IMG/VR virus record: IMGVR_UViG_3300030109_004085
Coordinates: 1-64,000 of that record
Reading direction: 5' to 3' (one strand)
Source: a virus
DNA length: 64,000 nucleotides
The notes beneath the pieces are model-generated. The model was given only the letters and a program-made list of their open reading frames with translations. It made no database searches and had not been told where the DNA came from. The translations under genes and the position numbers were made by a program. This document shows positions 7,747 through 17,033 of the stretch, piece by piece (the stretch's first letter is position 1; each line of letters begins with the position of its first letter).

Positions 7747-8098
7747 TGGGTTTTTCCTCTTCAGTAATTAGTCCATATCTCTCTTGTTCGCCGTCGTCAT
7801 ATGTAATAATCGTGCGATTGCCGGGATGCGGCTTGATATGAACAGTGATGAAATCGTTCATCGAATCAAAAATAGCAATAGAACCCTTCGGTCGAGGATA
7901 TAACCAGTGTGCGATACACTGACCCGTTGCTAGTACAACGCCTTCAATAACTACTCCTTCACCCGACACTCCCGATTCGTCCGCTTGCCGCGCAACCGTG
8001 AATGTCTGAATGCCGCGGGGACATAGACGAGAGGGTTTCTTAGGTATTAACTCCTCAGCGGGAGTTTGTTCTTCTTCAGTGGTAGTTTCATCGCTCAT
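7721..8098 (-). CDS. conserved phage hypothetical protein
   Basis: DESGVSG.G.V.EGV motif. Confidence 0.6.
   Translation of the reverse strand: MSDETTTEEEQTPAEELIPKKPSRLCPRGIQTFTVARQADESGVSGEGVVIEGVVLATGQCIAHWLYPRPKGSIAIFDSMNDFITVHIKPHPGNRTIITYDDGEQERYGLITEEEKPNENNEVEA
7765..7772 (-). promoter_or_regulatory. putative late promoter ACTAATTA
   Basis: Member of recurrent (A)CTAHTTA motif. Confidence 0.5.
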
Positions 8099-8471
8099 TT
8101 TTTAAAATCCAATCGAATGCTTCTATCAAATTTGGAGTCGTCTGATAATCCTCTATACTATCTCTAGTGACCCACTCAAAATCGTCATGCTCAACACCAA
8201 TCCGTACGGTGCCGCTATGGTGGCCACAATAATATATGTCAACGACTTCATTACTAAATTCTTTTAGACAAACTAGATCAGATATATCAATATCCAAATC
8301 AGTCTCTTCTTTCGTCTCTCTAATCACGGCGCCCGGAGAATTTTCTCCGGAGTCGATTCTGCCTCCGGGTAAGCCCCACTTTCCGGGCATCCACCAAGCT
8401 TTTGTCGTCCTTTTTAAGATTAGAACTCGATCTTGCTCGTCCAGAATTAAGACTGCTGCGTTTCCTTTCAT
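8088..8471 (-). CDS. NUDIX hydrolase
   Basis: PGGRIDSGE....AVIRETKEETDL Nudix box. Confidence 0.9.
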   Translation of the reverse strand: MKGNAAVLILDEQDRVLILKRTTKAWWMPGKWGLPGGRIDSGENSPGAVIRETKEETDLDIDISDLVCLKEFSNEVVDIYYCGHHSGTVRIGVEHDDFEWVTRDSIEDYQTTPNLIEAFDWILKNER

Positions 8472-8494
8472 GTTTTTCCTGATCCTTATTTTAA

Positions 8495-10513
8495 TTACTG
8501 ATCTAAACTAAGAGCCTGATCGTATGCTTTGATATACACATCGTGTAGTTTCTGAATAGCATTGGATCTTCGCAGCATCTTAAACGCGAGATTCTCGGGA
8601 GAGAAGATGCCAGCTTTTTCCAATCCTGTTTGTCGCATTGTTTTGATCTTCTCTTTCAGACTAGCCGCAGCCTCAAGTGCTGCATTGTGATCTCCATCAT
8701 ACAGGATGGATGCCACCTTGTCAACCCCTCTTTCAATATCAGCTGCTTTTTTCCGAGCGGTTTTCTTGTCAATGAAGGGCTTCACTTTGTTTGGCTTCAC
8801 GAGCCACTTATCGTTCATTAAAGAATATACGCCCGTTGAAACATGTGGCTCGCTTTCGTCCTGAACATAAAGCTCAACCTCGTGTCCCTTGACTTTTATA
8901 TCGTGGGTTCTGTTCCAGTTGGCACGAACTGCGTCAAAGAAACGCTTAACCAACTCTTCATTCTCGTTAACTTCTTTGAAGTCTATCAGGATATGTAAAT
9001 CAATGTCAGAAAACTTTGACCAGTTATAGTTCGCTAAAGACCCTGTAAGGATAATATCTTTAATCTCGGCGTCTAAATCTAAACGCTCAACGAATTCATC
9101 AACAATATCCATCAAAGCAGCTTTAACCCCAGGTCGGATTCTCTCTTCACCGTCCCAGATTTTTTGCTGGAACTCTGGCTGCATCTCAAATGTTGCTAGA
9201 TCCTCTTCATTGCCTACGGAAATTAGAATATCCTCGCGTAAACGGTCAAAGCGGCTGAGATCTTTGTTGGTGTATCGTGGCTTGCGTTTTTGCTTTGTAA
9301 CCTGTACATACTTGTCGGCGCCTTGCAGGGATGCGGTGGTGTCTTTTGAATCCTTTTTATAAATCTTTGTAAGATGACGCTTGTTCTTGACATAATCTTT
9401 CATTGATTCTTTTGATTCTAGGTCGCTAACTGGTATAAAACCAGCCTCAGCCATATGGCGCGCAAGGTTATCTATGTCTGTTACACCAGCTTCATAAGCG
9501 TCGTACCAATCATCAATTGAGGAGTCTGCTTCTTTCTTTTCAACATCATCTCGGCTATCGTGGTAATACTTCCATACTGCCGCAGCATCGTCGGAGACAC
9601 TGTTATCATCTGCTTTTAGTCCTCTGCTGCTCTCTGACGCTATCTCTAGTGCCACATCATACAGCAAAGGTCCGAAGCCATCTCTGGCCTTTACAGTAGC
9701 AACTTTATAGGTTCCCTTGAACGGATCTCCGGAAGAACGGTGTGCCTCCAGCACGCCGTATACGTCGATACCAGCCTCCATACGATCTAAATCGTCCGCA
9801 ACCAAAGGAGCGTTAGGATTGTCCTTCATCGCGTAATACACCTTGTATTTCATTGGCATCTGCTGAAGATCAACGGCAACCACAACCCCTTCGGGTAGGT
9901 CGGCGGCAGTCTTCATCGCTTCGTCAAGGATAGCCTCTTCTAACCCACCGACGGCGCCGGGTGGTGCTGATTCAAAGTCAGGCGAGTCACTTACGTTTTT
10001 GTATCCACCCTTTCTCTGAGGTCCTTTGGAAGTAAGATCTTTGAAATCCTTTTTCAAATCTGACTTATGTTTTGCAGACTGATAATAATCACCCTCCGAT
10101 ACATTCTGGACTCTCTTGGTGTATGAACCGGGACCGTAGAAAGCTTTTCTTCTTTGTTTAGGTTTGCGTTCCTTGTATCTCAAGACCGAAACACCCTTGA
10201 GTCTAGCGATGAGCTTTACAACTCGCTTCATCATTAGTTCTTTGGACGTGTCTCGTGGACGACGGACGTGAACTTTGAGCGTGGAAAGATAAGTGTTGCC
10301 TAAATCTTTCTGAACACCTCCCTTTTCTCTCTCAATGAGAGTAACAGTCAGAACCTCTGGAAGGGCGCGGATGTCGTTTTTAGTCTCGTCGCGGGAGCCG
10401 CCACGATTCTTGTCCATTGATATCAGAACAGTAAAGTTAAACGTGTCCTGAAAGTATGCAGGATCTTTAGCTTCCTCTAGGAAGTCTTTAAAGGTTTGAA
10501 GTTCGCGTTTCAT
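8495..10513 (-). CDS. multidomain protein: small N-domain + GNAT-like domain + Pol-beta-family nucleotidyltransferase
   Basis: GFGPLLYD...SVSDDAAAVW (GNAT-like); TGSLANY...SDIDLH...VELY (GS, DxD, third acidic residue). Confidence 0.7.
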   Translation of the reverse strand: MKRELQTFKDFLEEAKDPAYFQDTFNFTVLISMDKNRGGSRDETKNDIRALPEVLTVTLIEREKGGVQKDLGNTYLSTLKVHVRRPRDTSKELMMKRVVKLIARLKGVSVLRYKERKPKQRRKAFYGPGSYTKRVQNVSEGDYYQSAKHKSDLKKDFKDLTSKGPQRKGGYKNVSDSPDFESAPPGAVGGLEEAILDEAMKTAADLPEGVVVAVDLQQMPMKYKVYYAMKDNPNAPLVADDLDRMEAGIDVYGVLEAHRSSGDPFKGTYKVATVKARDGFGPLLYDVALEIASESSRGLKADDNSVSDDAAAVWKYYHDSRDDVEKKEADSSIDDWYDAYEAGVTDIDNLARHMAEAGFIPVSDLESKESMKDYVKNKRHLTKIYKKDSKDTTASLQGADKYVQVTKQKRKPRYTNKDLSRFDRLREDILISVGNEEDLATFEMQPEFQQKIWDGEERIRPGVKAALMDIVDEFVERLDLDAEIKDIILTGSLANYNWSKFSDIDLHILIDFKEVNENEELVKRFFDAVRANWNRTHDIKVKGHEVELYVQDESEPHVSTGVYSLMNDKWLVKPNKVKPFIDKKTARKKAADIERGVDKVASILYDGDHNAALEAAASLKEKIKTMRQTGLEKAGIFSPENLAFKMLRRSNAIQKLHDVYIKAYDQALSLDQ

Positions 10514-11251
10514 CTATATAAATAGTTCGCCGTACTCAATAAGTGCGCGTGTTTCTTCCGGACATAGAACTTGATACCAGTGAGAACCTACAACAGATTC
10601 TAAACGCTGTGCGAGAGGCCAATCATTTCCGCCGGGTATGTTCTTATCCCCAACAAAAATCATCTCAACATCATCGCCGTGCAGCTCTCTTAGTTTTTCC
10701 ACCACTTGTCCTTTATTTTTGCCTTTTGGATAGATATCTACCGAGATCGAACCGCCAATTGAAACCTCTAGTTCTGGGTATGTTTCGCCAATATATGCGA
10801 CAATGTCTTCTCGTTCAAGTGTCCTCTTATCCCATCGCTCATAAGCCTCTCTCATATTCTTGTTGGCATTTCTTCCAACTGTAGAGAAATTAATCATACC
10901 GGGTCTTTTTTCAATATGATTACCTTTCTTAGAAAGCCATTGAGAGTTGTCTAAGTATAACTCTAAGTCTGAAATAAATTCTTCACTAGGACTGAAGACA
11001 TTGCTATAAACAATCTGTCCTTCCTGTCTAAACACATTCCCCGAGCACGTAAATACACCTAGACAAGAACGTATAAGATCTTCGCCTAGTTGCTCTCGTG
11101 TCTTTGAGATGTCCGAGCCTGTGACCAAATATACTTTCTTGCCACCGGTGACCCATGACATAAACACATCTTCAATTTCTGTCTTGATTTTTTGGCGGGG
11201 CTCAGTTAACGTCCCATCAACATCAAATAGGTATATTCTTTCAGGCATCAC
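10514..11251 (-). CDS. HAD-IIB phosphomannomutase (eukaryote-type PMM/Sec53 family)
   Basis: FDVDGTLT.PR, E.R.GMINFS..GR, SIGG.IS.D..P.G..K, FVGDK...GGND. Confidence 0.85.
   Translation of the reverse strand: MMPERIYLFDVDGTLTEPRQKIKTEIEDVFMSWVTGGKKVYLVTGSDISKTREQLGEDLIRSCLGVFTCSGNVFRQEGQIVYSNVFSPSEEFISDLELYLDNSQWLSKKGNHIEKRPGMINFSTVGRNANKNMREAYERWDKRTLEREDIVAYIGETYPELEVSIGGSISVDIYPKGKNKGQVVEKLRELHGDDVEMIFVGDKNIPGGNDWPLAQRLESVVGSHWYQVLCPEETRALIEYGELFI
10519..10526 (-). promoter_or_regulatory. putative late promoter ACTATTTA (leaderless)
   Basis: Motif 5 nt before ATG of the 672-aa gene. Confidence 0.6.
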
Positions 11252-11507
11252 CTTGGACTTTCGTATTTCGTAAAAGAATCTCAGCGATTTCTTTATTGTA
11301 ATCCTCTGCGCTGTTCACGAAGATTTGATCCATTTCTCTTTGCTCGTCAAGCATCTGCCACAAAGCATCGTTCTCATCGGCAAGCTTATCAAACTTTTTA
11401 ATCTTTGTTTGAACCTGATTTATCGTGCTTTCGATTCTATCCAAGCGGCTAAGCACGGTATCGAATGATGTGGCCGCTCGGAGTATTTTCTGTACTAAAG
11501 ATAACAT
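11241..11507 (-). CDS. coiled-coil hypothetical protein
   Basis: AGGAG SD; heptad pattern. Confidence 0.55.
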   Translation of the reverse strand: MLSLVQKILRAATSFDTVLSRLDRIESTINQVQTKIKKFDKLADENDALWQMLDEQREMDQIFVNSAEDYNKEIAEILLRNTKVQGDA

Positions 11508-11718
11508 TTATCAACTCCTGTCTAGTAATTATGCCAGACTTGCGATTATAAATCAACTCTAAAAGTCTTTTTTGTGTTTCCGTTGAGAGAGGGAAGGGTG
11601 TATTCATATATGTATCAGGACTCACCTCTGCCATCTCAATAGCACGCGTCTCAGGAACGTCTGTTGCGTTTGTATTCCATTTGTCTTTCAAAACTATTAC
11701 CTCTTTTTTCACACTCAT
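11449..11718 (-). CDS. hypothetical protein
   Basis: Fills gap on coding strand; ACTACTTA motif overlaps the ATG, so the start is uncertain. Confidence 0.4.
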   Translation of the reverse strand: MSVKKEVIVLKDKWNTNATDVPETRAIEMAEVSPDTYMNTPFPLSTETQKRLLELIYNRKSGIITRQELINVIFSTENTPSGHIIRYRA

Positions 11719-11724
11719 AAGTAG

Positions 11725-12762
11725 TTAACTACCGGCTGAATCGTCATCATCACCGGCGCTGTCGTCATCATCACCGGCATCATGATCAATAACATATCCA
11801 ATTTCCACTAATGCACCCTCGTAAGGCACCACCAGGAATTCAATGCTGTTTGTAGCAGCGTTATACACCCAGTCTGTGTCAGCCATCGGCACAGTATCTT
11901 CAAAAACAATCAACGTATCCTCAATAGGTGTGTAGGTCAGCGGCCACTCTTCGTAGGGGTCGACCTGTGAGGATGCAGCGGCTACACCGGGGGACCAATC
12001 TTCTTCGCAAATGTCAACCACCACACCACTGAATGCGTCTGTGGCGTCCATGTATCTGTCTCCCACAAAAGTAGCAGATACCCCTCCGTCGCAAATAGTG
12101 TCTGCTGGGTCAACGTTTACAATGCTCGCCATGAAGACAGATTGTCTTTGGTTACCGTACCACTGAATAAACTCTTGAAGACCGGCGTTGGTTGAAGTGA
12201 ATTGGGAACTACTTTGTTCATCTTCATCGCTAACAAATACTACCAACAGGGCGGCATCATTGCGTAGCCACGTTTGGTTGTAAGAGTTGAGAGCAACATA
12301 ACTGTGTAGCGCGTCGAAGCCTGCCTCTCGATAAGACGGGAGTCCGATGAGGGTGTTATAGGCTGCCTCAGCATCAGCCACCGTATCTCCCGGAACCAAT
12401 GGGAATATGGCTTGCTGTTGTGCCTGCATGTAGTCAGTTGTAGTAATCCCCAAACGCCAACCTACTGCCGGTAGGGCACTCATCATCTGACCAATACCAT
12501 CGATTACTGCTTGATTAAACGTATTCATTGAGCCCGATTGGTCAATAAGCCAAATAATGTCGACGCCATCAACTGTGAAAGGTTGTTCAAACGAATCAAC
12601 CCAAACATCGCCACCCTCTCCTGGAATGTCAATGTAAACAGTTTCTCCCGGGATTTCAACGTAGACTGTTTCACCTGGATTCTGCGAGTAGATTGTGTAA
12701 TCTCCTTCGCATCCGAAAACCGTCAAACAAACAAGAAATACTAGTGCAAATCTACTAAGCAT
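11725..12762 (-). CDS. vWA-domain lipoprotein with C-terminal GDDDDSA repeats
   Basis: Lipobox VFGC; MIDAS DIIWLIDQSGSM; VFVSDEDEQS; tail GDDDDSAGDDDDSAGS. Confidence 0.75.
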   Translation of the reverse strand: MLSRFALVFLVCLTVFGCEGDYTIYSQNPGETVYVEIPGETVYIDIPGEGGDVWVDSFEQPFTVDGVDIIWLIDQSGSMNTFNQAVIDGIGQMMSALPAVGWRLGITTTDYMQAQQQAIFPLVPGDTVADAEAAYNTLIGLPSYREAGFDALHSYVALNSYNQTWLRNDAALLVVFVSDEDEQSSSQFTSTNAGLQEFIQWYGNQRQSVFMASIVNVDPADTICDGGVSATFVGDRYMDATDAFSGVVVDICEEDWSPGVAAASSQVDPYEEWPLTYTPIEDTLIVFEDTVPMADTDWVYNAATNSIEFLVVPYEGALVEIGYVIDHDAGDDDDSAGDDDDSAGS

Positions 12763-12764
12763 TT

Positions 12765-13601
12765 TTAATCCCTCAACCCACCTCTTCTCGGAGCAGCAGC
12801 GCCAGGAATAGATTTCATCTCCCGCACTGGAACATCAGAGGATAGAATTCTTACTTTTAATAACTCAAGATCAATTTGACTAATGGGGGCAATCCAAACA
12901 ATCTCCTCCAGCGGGATACGACCGCCGCCGCCGAAGCGCCCAACGTCAATTCCCGACACACAGCCAAGATATCTGCCTGACTGGTCAAATACTCCGGAGC
13001 CAGATGAGCCGAACCACCCGAACATGTTGGATACAATCATGCTGTGCTCTAGGGCTGCTACATATCCTCGGATTGTCAGAAGGTCGTGATGTGATGGAAA
13101 GCCAGTATAAGTTAAGTTTTTTCCAACGAGTCTCTCGTCGTATTTTAATTCTGGTCGGTAACGAATGGCTGTTCTGGTTTCAATCTCAGGAACAACCATA
13201 AAAGCAATGTCAACCCTGTGGTCTGCAAAGATAACCTTGCCTATGACCACTTCACCATCTCGGCCCTCTATGAGCATAGTACTCTCGTTCCGGACAACGT
13301 GAGCAGCCGTTGCGACGATGCGGCGGCCATAGGCGACCATGTAAGTACCAGAGCCATGACCACCCTGTAAAAGCGAACGGACTTTTACAGCTGCCTGTCT
13401 GGTTCTTTTTTCTGTTAATGTAAGGTTAAGGGCGTCAATGACTTCCAGAACTCGTCCGATAGAGTTCCGTACTTCAACTGTACGCTGTGTTTGAATAATA
13501 TCCGGATTTAAGTTTGAGTTAGAATTTGGTAAGACCGGTCCAGTACAACTTACCAAAAGTAAAGAAGCTATTATTATAAAGTTTTTAATCCACCTAGACA
13601 C
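12765..13601 (-). CDS. trypsin-like serine protease lipoprotein
   Basis: Lipobox LVSC; TAAHV (His), DIA (Asp), GSSGSG (Ser). Confidence 0.8.
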   Translation of the reverse strand: MSRWIKNFIIIASLLLVSCTGPVLPNSNSNLNPDIIQTQRTVEVRNSIGRVLEVIDALNLTLTEKRTRQAAVKVRSLLQGGHGSGTYMVAYGRRIVATAAHVVRNESTMLIEGRDGEVVIGKVIFADHRVDIAFMVVPEIETRTAIRYRPELKYDERLVGKNLTYTGFPSHHDLLTIRGYVAALEHSMIVSNMFGWFGSSGSGVFDQSGRYLGCVSGIDVGRFGGGGRIPLEEIVWIAPISQIDLELLKVRILSSDVPVREMKSIPGAAAPRRGGLRD

Positions 13602-13770
13602 GAAAAATCCTCCGTGAAATAGGTTACTTTATCACTATCACTCCAACGTACTAATACCTGCAAACTCCTTACGGGACGCTAAATTTTGCATACAACCTGA
13701 GTCCTTTCTAACCCGATATGTCTATAAGTAACTAGAAGGCAAAAGACCTTTGACGAAAGAAGTTCTAAAT

Positions 13771-15411
13771 TTATTTTATAATTTTTGCCCAGGAGCCAAA
13801 AACCTTGGACTCTTGGAAGGGAAGAGTTTGTTGCCCTGCCTCTTCTTCTTGGTCGCGCTTCATCTGGCGATCCTCTTCGCCGGCAATGTCTCGATACACG
13901 CCGAGTGCCTCTAATCTCTCCTGAACACCTTCCCAGAAACCGTTGTAATCAAAATCTGCTTCTTCGGGCGCAGCTGTCGTGCTTATCAGATATTCGGAGA
14001 CATCTTGCATTTCGTCTAGATAGTTGTTTAGGCGAGCTAGCTCTTCCGCCACATCCTCTGGTTCGTCTGGATCATCTGGTTCAAAACTATCTACCCACTC
14101 CATTTCAATACGGAGCATCGCGGCTTGCGAATCTTGTACGCCGCGCGGAAACACATCAACGCTGACAATGTTGGGGTTGGGAGTGAGGGTGTCGTAGCCA
14201 ATCCTCTGCGCATCCTGGCGAATCTCGTAACGCAAACGAGTGGTCTCTTCCTGTACAATAATATCTTTCACAGGCCAGAACGCTTGGTGCTTCACAAGGA
14301 AGCTCACTGCGAGGGATCCCATTGAGGGCCAGTCCACTTCCTGGCTTGTCTGGGAGTCGGACTCAAAGCCGGGAGCATACTGTTCTAACAGTTCATTGGC
14401 TTCTGTAATCCATGAGTCCTCAAACTTGATATCGGGGTGCTTCTGTTTAAGATATTCCAGCATCTCTATAAAACCGACGCTGTCAGAACTATGCGTTCCG
14501 TCCTCGTCAAACTTCTCTACGCCCGCGTTCTCAAGGAACCAATCAATGTAGGGCCACAAATCTTCGGTAGGAGCTTTGTTAGCTTTGCCTTTAACTTGAT
14601 ATACAACACCGTCAGCAAATTCCAGAGTAACCATTGGTTTAATGCTGCGGCGCTTCTCTCCGCTGCGGAGGGAGTAGAGCATCCCCTGGTCGGCGCGACC
14701 ACAATGTCCCATCTTCTTGCCTTCAAAATCACAAGCTCTGCTGCGGATATCATACCAGAAGTAGCCATTATCAAAGGTGTGAATAACTTGATCTTCTGCT
14801 TTGGCCGGACTAGTCAAAACATCTCGGGCTATCTCACTTGCAGTGCGGAGGAAGCGTTCCTGGTTCGTACCAATCCCCTGGCGTAGTTCGTCGTAGAAAG
14901 CTGGATCTTCTGCCAGCAGCGTCATAATGGGAACAATGTATCCCTGGAGCGCGCGAACGCCCTGAGTCGCTCTATATTCTAAAAACGAATCTAATTGCTT
15001 AATCAGCATGTCGGGAGCACCGCGCTTTTTCAGCATCTTTCGGGCGCTCTTTCTAAGAGATTTAAGATCCGCCAGTCCAGGGGCTCCCCGTACGCCGGAA
15101 TGGTTGATATACCACTCGCTAAAGAATTTGACGGTATTGCTCCAGGCTTCTTCTGCTTCGGGGGTATCGGGCCACCGGTCACGTCCAATTATTTCTTCAA
15201 TGATAGTCTTGTGGACGCTGGGGCTGTAGAAGTTCCTACTCTTAACCGCTTTTACAAGAGTGCCAATCCAAGTCAGATGTTTGTTGCTGACCGGACCGTA
15301 CTCATTGTTCATCTGCCTTAAGATAAACGCAACTTCAGAGGGGAGGCCAATATCCTCGACCCCTTCTTGAAGTAGATAATCTTTCCATTTGTTAGTTTGA
15401 CGCAAATACAT
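13771..15411 (-). CDS. putative virion cargo protein with PcfJ-like domain
   Basis: EGKKMGHC...LYSLR...VTLE...QVKGKAN..P; late motif 6 nt before ATG. Confidence 0.55.
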   Translation of the reverse strand: MYLRQTNKWKDYLLQEGVEDIGLPSEVAFILRQMNNEYGPVSNKHLTWIGTLVKAVKSRNFYSPSVHKTIIEEIIGRDRWPDTPEAEEAWSNTVKFFSEWYINHSGVRGAPGLADLKSLRKSARKMLKKRGAPDMLIKQLDSFLEYRATQGVRALQGYIVPIMTLLAEDPAFYDELRQGIGTNQERFLRTASEIARDVLTSPAKAEDQVIHTFDNGYFWYDIRSRACDFEGKKMGHCGRADQGMLYSLRSGEKRRSIKPMVTLEFADGVVYQVKGKANKAPTEDLWPYIDWFLENAGVEKFDEDGTHSSDSVGFIEMLEYLKQKHPDIKFEDSWITEANELLEQYAPGFESDSQTSQEVDWPSMGSLAVSFLVKHQAFWPVKDIIVQEETTRLRYEIRQDAQRIGYDTLTPNPNIVSVDVFPRGVQDSQAAMLRIEMEWVDSFEPDDPDEPEDVAEELARLNNYLDEMQDVSEYLISTTAAPEEADFDYNGFWEGVQERLEALGVYRDIAGEEDRQMKRDQEEEAGQQTLPFQESKVFGSWAKIIK

Positions 15412-15417
15412 CAACTA

Positions 15418-15425
15418 TAAGTAGT
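15418..15425 (-). promoter_or_regulatory. putative late promoter ACTACTTA (leaderless)
   Basis: Recurrent motif, 6 nt before ATG. Confidence 0.55.
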
Positions 15426-15433
15426 TTTGAATT

Positions 15434-15835
15434 CTACTTTCCGCTTTGTTTGGTTTCGGGCAGTGAGGCTGGCTCAACGCGGCTGTAGTCATCAGCCAAG
15501 CGAACCACATCACCTAACTCGGGGGTGCTTACTTCGACTAGTCGAACATCTCCCATTTCCGCACAAAAGCGGTGAACGGTGCCCGGTGATACATGAAAGA
15601 TGTCACCAGGATCCATTACATGGCGTATAATCTCAGAGTTCTCCTCTGACGGACCCTCTTCGCAGATCAGCTGTCCATCTAGAACCATGATAGTTTCTTC
15701 TTTAGTGTTATGATACTGTCGCGACAGGCGATGACCTTTCTTAATAAACAGTATCTTTCCCGCGTATCGGGAGGCTTTAGCCCAGAGAAGTTCGTGTCCC
15801 CACGGCTTCTCGAACCGGTTAGCAGTTGTAATCAT
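15434..15835 (-). CDS. cupin, mannose-6-phosphate isomerase type II C-terminal-like
   Basis: KPWG, K.L.I..G.RLS.QYH..K.E, PG..HR, EVSTP...D..RL.DDY.R. Confidence 0.8.
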   Translation of the reverse strand: MITTANRFEKPWGHELLWAKASRYAGKILFIKKGHRLSRQYHNTKEETIMVLDGQLICEEGPSEENSEIIRHVMDPGDIFHVSPGTVHRFCAEMGDVRLVEVSTPELGDVVRLADDYSRVEPASLPETKQSGK

Positions 15836-15838
15836 TCT

Positions 15839-16147
15839 CTATCCTTTCAAAAGTTGATGGTTTTGTCGCGATAGCCTGTTGGCAACCGTTGCTGGATCCC
15901 CCACGACAGTGTGGACAGAGGAACTACCACCTTCATTAACAATGATTGTGGTAAAACGATGATTAGGATCTAGGTCAACTCCAGGCATACCTTCTTTCAA
16001 GAGACTATTATAGCCTACATGTTCCCTAACATTAACAACATATTTTTCATTAATCCAAACCTCGCCCAATTCAAACCGTGGCTTCGCAGTTCGTTCCATT
16101 CTCGGATTCTTGTCTGTCTTATTAATTACCTCTACAAACCGTATCAT
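15839..16147 (-). CDS. hypothetical protein
   Basis: ORF in operon. Confidence 0.6.
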   Translation of the reverse strand: MIRFVEVINKTDKNPRMERTAKPRFELGEVWINEKYVVNVREHVGYNSLLKEGMPGVDLDPNHRFTTIIVNEGGSSSVHTVVGDPATVANRLSRQNHQLLKG

Positions 16148-16381
16148 CTACAACTCCTTAATAGTATATACATCTTGCTCTCTAACTGACCATTCTTTGC
16201 CGTTCCACAAAACCTGTACATAGCCATCTGCCCAGTCTATACCGCTAACTATAGCTACTTTGGGCTCCTCCAAGCGCAGAAAATCCCAAGGTATGTGAAC
16301 CTGCTTGCTGGTTGGGCTAAAATGCGTCAATCGACTGGCTTGTGGAATGTGAACTAGGTCACCAATTTTACTCTTCTTCAC
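16148..16381 (-). CDS. small SH3/KOW-like protein
   Basis: KIGDLVHIP...VLW pattern. Confidence 0.55.
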   Translation of the reverse strand: MKKSKIGDLVHIPQASRLTHFSPTSKQVHIPWDFLRLEEPKVAIVSGIDWADGYVQVLWNGKEWSVREQDVYTIKEL

Positions 16382-16707
16382 TAATCGGCCCCGTAATACC
16401 TTTCATTCTCAGGAGCAGGAGCTTCTCCTTCTGATCTCTGATCGACGCGGTACTTGTCGTAACCTTTGATAATATCCTCAACTTCAATCAGTCGCGTATC
16501 AACTGCTAGCAACGCCTTGCGAAAATCCTCAATCATATCCAAAACTTTACCTGTGTTAGGCGCCTCTTCTTCTCGACGTAGCTCCTCCTGAACCGCTTTA
16601 AACATATCAATCGCGTGGCTCATATCGTCCGACGAAAGTCCGAGGATCTTAGCGGCTTCCTTCAAAATATCTTCTTCTTCAACTGTGTAAGATAGTTTAA
16701 CTCTCAT
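16381..16707 (-). CDS. hypothetical helical protein
   Basis: AGGAG SD, ORF in operon. Confidence 0.65.
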   Translation of the reverse strand: MRVKLSYTVEEEDILKEAAKILGLSSDDMSHAIDMFKAVQEELRREEEAPNTGKVLDMIEDFRKALLAVDTRLIEVEDIIKGYDKYRVDQRSEGEAPAPENERYYGAD

Positions 16708-16716
16708 TTTAATCTC

Positions 16717-17001
16717 CTAGGGGAATAAGACTGTCCAGACAGTTTTGACCAATAAACCGGCAACGGAGCCGCCAACCAACCACATCGCTCTAGTATTAGC
16801 CGCTTTCCAAGTTTCAAGCTGAATAATACGAATATCCAAATCTCTTAATCGAGCAAACAATCCCGAATCAGGATTGTAAACAGCTTCTTTAATCTTGCTA
16901 ATATTATCAGCTAATTCTTCTTGTTTGTCAAGTAAAATCTCCAACTTTGTGGACATTTCAACCAGCATTACAGTTAGTTTCTTCTCGTTATCGTCGGTCA
17001 T
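16717..17001 (-). CDS. coiled-coil plus C-terminal TM protein (XhlA/holin-like architecture)
   Basis: Heptad N-part, hydrophobic C-terminus, late motif CTATTTA at 17025-17031. Confidence 0.5.
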   Translation of the reverse strand: MTDDNEKKLTVMLVEMSTKLEILLDKQEELADNISKIKEAVYNPDSGLFARLRDLDIRIIQLETWKAANTRAMWLVGGSVAGLLVKTVWTVLFP

Positions 17002-17033
17002 TATTGGTCACCTCCAGACACCAGTAAATAGAA

